A DNA stretch of 64,000 nucleotides from Candidatus Bathyarchaeota archaeon (GTDB lineage Archaea > Thermoproteota > Bathyarchaeia > 40CM-2-53-6), in NCBI GenBank assembly GCA_963783645.1, contig CAWAOH010000016.1, positions 141,719 through 205,718 on the forward strand, in the 5' to 3' direction. This document shows, in pieces, positions 52,454 to 61,477 of the stretch (positions within the stretch are counted from its first letter, which is position 1; every line of letters begins with the position of its first letter). The notes under the pieces were generated by a model, which saw only the letters and a program-made list of their open reading frames with translations, ran no database searches and was not told where the DNA came from. A program made the position numbers and the translations under genes.

Positions 52454-53165
52454 TTAGGGTAAGAGGTTTACGGCGCCAGTTCCCAAGTCGTATCTTGCCC
52501 CAATCAGTTTAATTGCGTCCTGGTCTAGGGCGTGTGAGATTATTTGACTGGATGATTTTAGGTACTCAACTTCCAAGGTGACATTGGCCCTCACCGAATT
52601 ATCTAGCAGGTCGCCTGGTTGCAATTGCGCTTCTATTACTGCTGGTTTGATGGCTTCAACTAGCGTCGCGATTTGGCCTTCTGCGTGGCCGTTGGTCTGA
52701 AGTGTCTGGATAGTTGCCTTTACAGCTCCGCAGCTTTGGTGTCCGAGTACCATTATTAGCTTTGCACCTTCCTCGACAGCGAACTCTAAGCTGCCCAGGA
52801 CAACGTTATCAATCACCTGACCTGCAGTCCGCGCCACGAAGAGGTCCCCTAATCCCTGATCGAAGATAAGTTCGGGGGGCACGCGAGAGTCAATGCATCC
52901 AATAATCACCGCCCAGGGGTGCTGACCCTGAGCAACTTCTGCCTGCCGTTCCGCCGATTGATTCGGGTGAATTGGAGAGCCTTGCATGTAACGTGCGTTT
53001 CCAGCCATCAGGTTGTTCAAAGCCTCGTCAGGCGTGGTAACGGCAGGGCCGGGAAGGGGGCAGGATTTGTGATAGGATAAGGCCCTTGGTTGCGTATCCT
53101 AGGACAAAGCCGCCAGCAGCAAAAGCTGATGTAGAAACGAATTGTCGTCTCGAGATGTTAACCAT
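52454..53165 (-). CDS. Beta-carbonic anhydrase with Tat signal; +1 frameshift near 53047
   Basis: GCIDSRVPPE, RTAG, GHQSCGA. Upstream frame MVNISRRQFVSTSAFAAGGFVLG. Confidence 0.88.
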
Positions 53166-53269
53166 AGACAAATCCTAACGGTTCAATTACGATTCAGGTT
53201 GAAAATAGTTTGGTCAGCGTTTTCAGGCTGCTTTGTCACTTTCGTCTTTCTTTGTGATGTGTCGGTACT

Positions 53270-53378
53270 TTCTCAATTTCAGGAGCCAGTGGCTGCGCCA
53301 GAGTTCCCTACCGTACCATTAATTCTGGTTTCTGTTCTTGGTTTGATGCTTGTGCGACGGCTTTCCGTTGCGTCCTGA
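53270..53378 (+). pseudogene. Orphan PEF-CTERM-like sorting tail
   Basis: APEFPTVPLILVSVLGLMLVRR with no credible upstream body. Confidence 0.5.
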
Positions 53379-53557
53379 GGGGCATACTGCTTCTTATGTT
53401 CACGTTTCAAAGAGCCGGGGAAAACTGGGGAATATTGGAACGCCGATCATCTGCTAAACCCCGACTATTCAACACTTGAGCTACGACGTTGCTATGGACG
53501 TATTCGCGTCACATCGCATTCTTAAGCTGCGAAATTCACAAACAACGAAGGATGCAT

Positions 53558-54066
53558 ATGACGAACCCGAACCGTATCACAGTTTCGTAGCATCGCTGCT
53601 GATCGTTGCCTCATTGAGCTACTCTTTTCTTCCAGTAATGGCGAGCGCAGGCCAAGGTACATTCGCATTAGATTTAACCGGACATTCATTGAACGGAAAC
53701 CTGCAGAACGCAATCGTCAAAGCCAATTCAGTCTCCATGAACATGATCCTCAACGGCAACATACAAACCTCAATCGGCCAAGTACCAATAACCGCCAACG
53801 GAGTATGGGTTGGAACACGTAACGGAACAAAACTATCCGGGTCAATTCAGGACGTGTCCGGCACGGTTCACGCCTGCTTCCTCTTCTGGTGCGGCCAGGC
53901 TACATTCATAGGCCAAGGCGAATGGAACGGCACACTAACCTCAACACAAGGAACAGGCATCTTCGACGGAACAATCACATTCACAAGCTCAGACTTTAAC
54001 CAAATCCGCCTAGGTCAACCAGCACCAATCACTGGGACTTGGACGGCAGACTTCCAACTCACCTAA
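53558..54066 (+). CDS. Secreted Gly/Thr-rich beta protein; probable frameshift near 53585
   Basis: ATG at 53558 then signal-like FVASLLIVASLSYSFLPVMA in the adjacent frame; repeated G.W.G motifs. Confidence 0.6.
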
Positions 54067-54344
54067 CCCTAACAGTGATAATTGTGGAGAACTACTGAGC
54101 GGAACTGAGATCTTGTTGCAGGATTGCAGTGCTAACGCAAGGATAACCAAGCTAGAAACCTAAGAAAAACACACATGTTTTTTGTCCTATGGGAGGTTGT
54201 TTTCCATCAACTTTTTTTCATTTTCGTCGTTTCTTGTTTTTAATACATAAAAGTGAAGAAAACAGGAAATTTACCCATTAAATTTCTAATGTTCGACTTA
54301 CAGATCGAAAAGGTCAAGTTGAACTTCTAATATCTGTATGATCT

Positions 54345-54605
54345 GTGTGTTGGCAGTTGGAGACAAGAACGGCTGATCATGCGGCGAAGGTAGCGGTTGA
54401 TTATGTCAAGAAGGCCTTCAAGGTGAAGGGAGAAGTTCACGTTACTAGCGTAGCATTCAACGGAGCATACTTTCTTGTTCGAGGCAATTACCACTTTGAG
54501 GGTCGTGAAGGAGTGAGACCTCAGGGGGTCGTTGTCAAGATAGATGGAAAAGGCAAGGTGGTTGGATGGTCGCTGAGACCAGAGACAGAAACGACCGAAA
54601 TATGA
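54345..54605 (+). CDS. Small PepSY-like hypothetical protein
   Basis: AAKVAVDYV..FLVRG..VKIDGKGKVVG pattern. Confidence 0.55.
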   Translation: MCWQLETRTADHAAKVAVDYVKKAFKVKGEVHVTSVAFNGAYFLVRGNYHFEGREGVRPQGVVVKIDGKGKVVGWSLRPETETTEI

Positions 54606-54699
54606 GAAAGCTCTCAAGGTTAGCGGATCGGTTTTGTGCCCTTCCTAGGCGCTCCAACACGAAGTAGAGAACCCTCGTTTGTGTGTGGGTCTTTTCGTT

Positions 54700-54921
54700 A
54701 TGTCTTCTATGGCAAAGGGTTTGATAGCTAGCATCCCAATGCCGCATGAACCCAATCATGAACTTCACTCGCGAGCGTTTAACGGCCGAGACGATTAAAT
54801 CAGCTTCCTTCATAGCGTGTGCAATTGGTTTTTCAAGGAGCATCGCTACGCCAGCGTTCGAAGCCAACTTTACATACCCGCGTACACGCTGACTATTGAT
54901 GAGAAGGGTTATCGAAGTCAA
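54700..54921 (-). pseudogene. Fragment of Gfo/Idh/MocA oxidoreductase
   Basis: MLLEKPIAHAMKEADLI..MIGFMRHWDASY. Confidence 0.7.
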
Positions 54922-54976
54922 AGCACAATAATCCCTGTTATGGTGTCGTTAGCAGGTTGTGGGGAGTTGAAGGATC

Positions 54977-55420
54977 GTGTATAGACGGAAGTTGTTTGTG
55001 GATGAGGGGGAGGTCTCCCCGACGAGAGTGCAACGGGAAGGGTCCTCAGGGTATGGGTACATTCGCACGCTTATCGATCCGGAGACGATCGGATCCACCA
55101 ATGCCGTTCTGGGCACCATGACCATTCCTCCGGGTCAAACTGAACCTATGCTGCCTCACGCCCATTTTCAATACGATGAGTCAGAATACGTGGTCTCTGG
55201 AGAAGGCTATGCCCTCTTGGGCTCCTCCAAAGACAAGCTGGAACGTTATGAACTGAAGCCTGGAAGCGCATTCTTCGTTCCCTCGGGCTATGCCCACAGC
55301 GTTGCCAACACGGGTAAGGGGGAGATGAAAATCGCCTTTTCATTCTATCCCGCGTGGGTGAAGGGTCGACCTTACCGTGAGATCGCTACCGAGCTGACTG
55401 ATTTGAAGAAGTCAACGTGA
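54977..55420 (+). CDS. Cupin domain protein
   Basis: PHAH..E.EYVVSGEG and FVPSGYAHSVAN. Confidence 0.88.
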   Translation: MYRRKLFVDEGEVSPTRVQREGSSGYGYIRTLIDPETIGSTNAVLGTMTIPPGQTEPMLPHAHFQYDESEYVVSGEGYALLGSSKDKLERYELKPGSAFFVPSGYAHSVANTGKGEMKIAFSFYPAWVKGRPYREIATELTDLKKST

Positions 55421-55507
55421 ACCTACTCAGAGAGCCCTAACTGCGGTAAACCACTATTCCCGAAGAAGCTTTTCTCCTTCAACCACATGACTCGTGGGAG
55501 TCCTTGG

Positions 55508-56850
55508 CTAGCTGATATGATGCTGGTTCTCCACCGCTCTTATGGATTGATCCAGGGCTGAAGTTATCTCGTCGGCATGTTCCTTAGTTATGATGAATGG
55601 CGGCGTCAGCAGTATGTGATCGCCGAGGATGCCGTCCGCGGTTCCGGTTCCAGGGAAGACGATGACTCCCCTTTCCATGGCTTCGCCCGTAACAGTAGCG
55701 GCTATCTTTGCGTCGGGCGAAAACGGTTCCTTCGTCTCCTTGTCCTTCACAAATTCAATGCCGATCATGAGGCCCATACCTCTAACGTCACCGATGATCG
55801 GATGCTTCTCCTGTAGTTCGATCAAACGTTTCTTCAGATACTTCCCCATCTCAGCGCATTTTTCGATTAAGTTATTCTCGGTGATGTACCGTAGGATTGC
55901 TAATCCGACAGCGGAGGAGAGAGGATTCGCGCAGGATGTGTGTCCTCCAACGATGTTCGACTTACTCTTTATGAACTGTTCAACTATGGAATCTCGTACT
56001 ATTACCGCCCCTAGGGGCGTGTAGCCGCCGCCGAGTCCCTTTGCGGTTGTGATTATATCTGGTGAGACATCCCAATGCTCAATGGCGAACCATTTACCCG
56101 TTCTACCCATTCCACACTGGACCTCGTCAGCAATGAACATCATATCGTACTTGTCGCAGATCTCCCTGATTATTGGGTAGTACTCCTTGGGTGGTGTAGT
56201 GGCACCGGTGGTAGCGCCCACGATTGGTTCAGCTATGAACCCAGCCACGCATGCTGAGCCTTCTTGCCTAACCACCCTCTCCAGGAATGTGGCGCAGTCG
56301 ATGTCGCAGTCAGGATACTCACGCCTAAACCAGCACCGGTAGCAGTAGGCTGGAGGGATATGTGGCATTTCCTTCAGGAGCGGTATGAACTTGCTGCGTC
56401 GAAAGGTGTGACCCCCAACAGAAAGCGCTCCAATCGTATTTCCGAAAAAGCTCTGCCAGCGCGTAATAATCTTGAACTTCCCCGTGCTACCTCTCTCAAA
56501 GTAGTATTGATGTGCAATCTTGACAGCGTTCTCGGTGGCCTCAGACCCACTGCTCACAAGCCAGGTTGTTGTCAGACCCTTCGGAGCGATCTTGGCAATC
56601 TCGTCACCACTTTCTCCGCAGGCTCATTTGAAAAGAGATGCATGGGAACAAAGGAGACCTTCCGGACTTGGTCAATCATGGCATCGATAACGGGTACTAC
56701 GCCGTGACCAATCGGTATCGCAGCATTCGCCCCCCCGCTCGCATCAAGATACTTCTTGCCGGATTCATCAAAAACGTAAACACCCATCCCCCGAACAATT
56801 CTCAGATGTGGCCTGAAGAAATCACGATAAAACGTGTGGGGAACTTCCAT
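55508..56850 (-). CDS. Class III PLP aminotransferase; frameshifts near 56560-56610
   Basis: GKKYLDASGG, SGSEATENAVK, FIADEVQCGMGRTG, AKGLGGGY, DVRGMGL. Confidence 0.9.
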
Positions 56851-57455
56851 GATCAACCCAAGAAAGTGTCACCGTTCTAAGGCCTGATAAGTGCTCCGTC
56901 CCGTTTCATTCTATGATACTCAGCTTATGCAACAAGAAGAACTTCGGAGATGCGACCTGCAACCTATGCGGAAGACTGTTGCAGATAGAATGTTTGCTCA
57001 CAGTGACATTGGACGATCCGAACAGTCAATCGTATCATCCGCCGTCGCACTCTGGATCGATAATAGCTCAGACTATCGTGCCTACCTGCTTCCAGCGAAG
57101 ACTAAATTTTAGTACGGGTTGGGGACGTGGTAGCTAACGTGGTTACCGCGTTTTCAAGACGCAGAGCTAACGCGCAAAAGCTAGCGAAAAGCCACACACG
57201 AATGAACGCACACGCCAGAAAACCATTCCACACCAACCACGTGGCAACCTGCGAGTACCACGTCCCAGTTACACGTCCAAATTCCAAGTACCACGTCCAC
57301 AACAAACAAGCCAATCTATCTATATCCCCCGCACCACAATACCCACACACACTAAAACGACGACGGATGAGAGTTCAAATAGCCACTAGAGGCACACACA
57401 CGAATAGCTAACTAATAACTGAGGTAACCGAATTGGCGCGGAGAGACGCCTGAAC

Positions 57456-57608
57456 TTGGAATGGGTCACTCTCTATTGCGAAAAGTGCCGAGCTGCAACC
57501 AAACACAACCTAACTTGGGAAAGGAAGAAGCAGCTAATCGGTAAACGATACCGAGATGCCACGTGCACCCGCTGTGGCACTCACCGAAAATACTACAAAC
57601 GATGGTGA
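57456..57608 (+). CDS. 50-aa basic Zn-ribbon microprotein (not in ORF track)
   Basis: Manual translation from TTG: MEWVTLYCEKCRAATKHNLTWERKKQLIGKRYRDATCTRCGTHRKYYKRW. Confidence 0.6.
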   Translation: MEWVTLYCEKCRAATKHNLTWERKKQLIGKRYRDATCTRCGTHRKYYKRW

Positions 57609-58013
57609 ACTGAGCCCCGTTCCTGAGGATCAAGCATAATGTGCCCCCTTGTAAATCGAGCTGTTCCTCTGGTCATCCTCTCCTCAGCCTGCGTCGTAAA
57701 GCTCTGCTGGAAAATTATTCGAAAAATGGAATACGGTCATTTTTCCCAATTTCTCGGGATCATATGTTACGTTCCAGAACCATGCGAGGACTTTCCTGGA
57801 TCAAATTCGGGAAGAGATATTCCGGACTTACTCATGGAAAGCTGAAAACGTAAGCAAATTGGGCCTATACGACTCATTTTCAACTATTTTGGAGCGAACA
57901 AAAGTAGGCTGTAACCATGATTGTCACGTCATGCTCGGTATCTCCATAAACTACTACAGACTTAACCCCAAGAATTATGTAACCAAGTATTCAGATGATC
58001 CTTCGAGTAACAG

Positions 58014-59259
58014 ATGCGTAAGCATTTTGTTTTGATGATTGCCGTATTATCTTTTGTTATGTATGGTCTATTTCTGTTTGGTTATCCGCCGATCTCTAGA
58101 TACGTCGTCGATGATCTTAATCTCTCCCACACCGAGTCTGGATCTATTACTTCGGTTTTGGTGCTCGCGTTTGCGTTGATGCAGGTGCCTGGCGGGTACT
58201 TGGCTGATCGATTCGGCGGAGCCAAAACTCTCTTTGATCTTTACGGCAGTGGTCGCTGTGTCTCCTTTCATCTTCATTGAAGGGGGTAATTTTGTGACGG
58301 CGCTCCTTTTCCGTGCTCTTGCTGGCGGTGCCTGCGGCGTGACGTTTCCTTCTGCGGTTCGTGTACTCTCATCCTGGTTCTCGGAGAACGAGCTTAATTC
58401 GGCAATGAGTGTTTTTGGGTTAGGGTGGGGTATATCCCAGATCGTTTCTTCGGTACTTCTACCATTACTAATTTTGGCAGCCGACTGGAGACCTCCCCTT
58501 ATTATTATCGCGCTGTTTTCTCTTCTCGTGATGGCGTTAGCTATCTTTCCTGCCCGATGGTCTTCTCCGATTGAGTCTACGGTGAAAGTGAAGGTTGATG
58601 TCAGAGGACTATTTACGCGTAACATGTTCGCTCTACTTCTTCCTAATTTTGCTTCCCTCGCAATAGTAGTGGGTATCTTTGCATGGACGCCCGCCTTTCT
58701 TACTTCGATTTTGCATTTGTCCGACGAGTATGCTGGAACCATTCTGGCGTCTATTGGTGTAGCCAACATGTTGGGTTGCTATGCGGGAGGCATAGCGAGT
58801 AAATGGCTTGGAAAGCGTCGAACCATTGCCTTGTCCATGATCCTTTTGATGGTTTTTGCTGTGCTGTTGGGTACCTCAAATTCAGGTTTGATTGCCGTCA
58901 TGTGGATTTCAGGTATTGGTTTCGCGGGCATGTTTTACTTTGCAGCTGACTTTAGCTTGATTCCTTACGCATCGAAGCAGGGTCGTTCAGTAGCTGGCAT
59001 GACCTTTGGTGTTTTCAACACGTTGAGCAACATAGGGAGTTTTGTCTCGCCGATCGTCGTGGGATATATCCTTGATTCAACCGGGAGTTTCCTCTTAGGA
59101 TTTGCCTCGATAGGATGCATCGGGATTCTCGGCGTGCTCGGCGCAATAATTCTGCGCACAGATTCCTCACATGATGCGAGCCTTACTCAACATCATCCAA
59201 CAATTCGCCGAAGTGGTATCGAGGAAAAGACTCCGGGAAATATGCTAAAAGCGTTCTAG
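58014..59259 (+). CDS. MFS transporter; frameshift near 58232
   Basis: QVPGGYLADRFG motif A, multiple TMs, GVFNTLSNIGSFVSP. Confidence 0.88.
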
Positions 59260-59346
59260 GACACCTTTGTCTGCGGTACAGTGGTGCGCCCCAAGAAAAT
59301 GCATGACTAATTCTGCTTGAGAAAACACGTCACATGGAGACCGATT

Positions 59347-59556
59347 TCAGTCTGTTCCTAAAATGACGTTGCTCGCTTTGACAATCGCGTAGACGTCTTT
59401 GCCTTTTGTTAGTTTCAAGTTCTCGGCAGATGCCCTTGTGATTACCGAGACAATTTCTGTGCCGCCAGGGAGTTCAACCGTTACTTCCACGTTCACCATA
59501 CCTGGCGTCACACTCTTCACTTTCCCTTTCAGGATGTTCCGTGCACTAAGCTTCAA
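59347..59556 (-). CDS. Molbindin/TOBE (Mop) protein
   Basis: KLSARNILKGKV..SVITRAS..L..GKDVYAIVKAS. Confidence 0.9.
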   Translation of the reverse strand: MKLSARNILKGKVKSVTPGMVNVEVTVELPGGTEIVSVITRASAENLKLTKGKDVYAIVKASNVILGTD

Positions 59557-59902
59557 GTCTCAAACCTTCTGCTGCAACTTCTTTTCTTCAGAGATATTTC
59601 CCTTGTGTCTGGATTTAGTGGTGCGCACCAGCAGACTCGTCGTCGCACATCCATAGCGACCAGCACACATAAAATTGAGAAAAATCCTAGGATACAAGAA
59701 CTACCACAACGCAGTCAGAAGCGAAACGATAGCACTAGAACAATAGTGAGGACAACCGATTCGATATTCGAAGTTAGCTTAGGAAACAGAGCCCAATGTG
59801 CTGCGCATAAGGAAACAAGTATGGCGATTAATCCACTTTAGTTAAAGGTAACCACATGCTGACAATTATTCAGACAGGCAGTCTTGGGATGTCGCTCGAG
59901 GA

Positions 59903-60446
59903 ATGACGGTAGCTAAAGAGAATATAATTAGCAAGCGTATCCTATGGCTCGTTTTGATTATATTAGCCGTCGTCGCGGTAGCTAGCGCGGGGCTATTCGC
60001 TTCGGTTAGTGTGAACCCTCAGACAGTCACGTCAATGTCAACACGTTTTCAGACGGAAACATCATTCATCACAAGCACCGAAACTTATAGAGTTATAGCA
60101 CTGTAACAAGCTTGATGACAACCACAGCCCTCCTCTCCTGTTACCCTCTGTCAGTCCCTACTACTCGGCTATAATCCCGATATCACTATTCCGTGCCTGA
60201 CAACAGCCTTCTCTAACGCTGCCCAGTGTTCAGGTCTATTCCAAGATCCAAATGGGTGTATCGAACTCGTACTCCCGATAAACCCTGTGTTTGGCGGCAC
60301 AGTCTATCAATATTATACGCTGCACAATTTGCCATCAACCTATCCTCCTATTGGGTCATTGGTGGCGGTGACTCGGACAACGACATCAAGGCTACAACAC
60401 TGGTCCGACTGGCGCAGCCTGTCCAGGCAACTACATCAACGTGACC
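59903..60446 (+). pseudogene. Fragmented membrane-anchored Thr-rich protein
   Basis: N-terminal TM and Thr-rich linker, broken over several frames. Confidence 0.4.
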
Positions 60447-60725
60447 TCAATATCACAGTAGAAGACGGAAAAGATCGATTAGCCTAGCGACCAACCAACC
60501 GTTCCAGTATTCGAAATTCTTAGCTCCGAAACTTCGGCGTCACGACACACTCCATTTGGTTCGTCTCCTGCCGATCCATAATGCTACTACCAGCCTCAGA
60601 CGGCTGTGTGTGCACGGGAATGCCATCGCCTCCCGTCTTCCTCTCTGGACAATCACCTACGGCAACGATAAGTGTGGGCTAGAAACAGCAAGAGTTACCA
60701 CGCAAGTATCTCGACGAACAGCACT

Positions 60726-61094
60726 CTAGTAGGTGGTCTCTGTTTTCGAATTGTAGACGTACAAATGTGAGAAGCTGCTCTCTGGGGTCGCTCCATGCCA
60801 GTGCTTCTCTCCCGCCGGAATGAAGAAGATCATGCCTGGCATAGCCATGAGCTCCTCATGTTCGTTGGCTACGATTCCTTTGCCGCTCAAAATGTATAGA
60901 ACCTGTTCATGGTCGTGAACGTGCAACTTTGTTCGGGCACCTGGAGAAAAGGTGACGATAGCAGCTTTGATTTCTTCTGCTCCGAGCTGTTTGTCTATGA
61001 GCGTCTTCACGTTGACCGTTCCACCCTCAAAGATGCCGCCAACAGTATCTTCAGAGGGAGCCTCATTCAGTTTGATCGCTTTCAACATCATCAT
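60726..61094 (-). CDS. Cupin domain protein
   Basis: FSPGARTKLHVH..EQVLYILSG, IPAGEKHWHGA. Confidence 0.88.
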   Translation of the reverse strand: MMMLKAIKLNEAPSEDTVGGIFEGGTVNVKTLIDKQLGAEEIKAAIVTFSPGARTKLHVHDHEQVLYILSGKGIVANEHEELMAMPGMIFFIPAGEKHWHGATPESSFSHLYVYNSKTETTY

Positions 61095-61477
61095 GCCTGC
61101 AACTACTATCTGCTAGTCTCGCCTCTTAATTTTGTGCGTGCACGCACCAGCATACCACACACTTGGTTCAAAAAGAGCTTTAGACCACACGTTGGTGGTA
61201 GGCGCCTCTGCTTCCAGACTCCGAGAGCCACGATCAAGATTCCTGTGGAGAGAGAATCACTGAGCCGATGAGAATATCATCATCAAAAGCCAGTATCGAG
61301 ACATTCCTAATTCGATCCTACATGCATTGGATTTGACAAGTGCTATTATGCCCCGTCGTATTTCTAGCATATCCACCCAAATTCTCTACAGCCCTCCATT
61401 CACTCAACCGAAGTTTCTCAATTAGGTTTGTTAAGATAGTTGGTGCAGCAATCTTAGAGATGAGCCCTTATAGTTGA

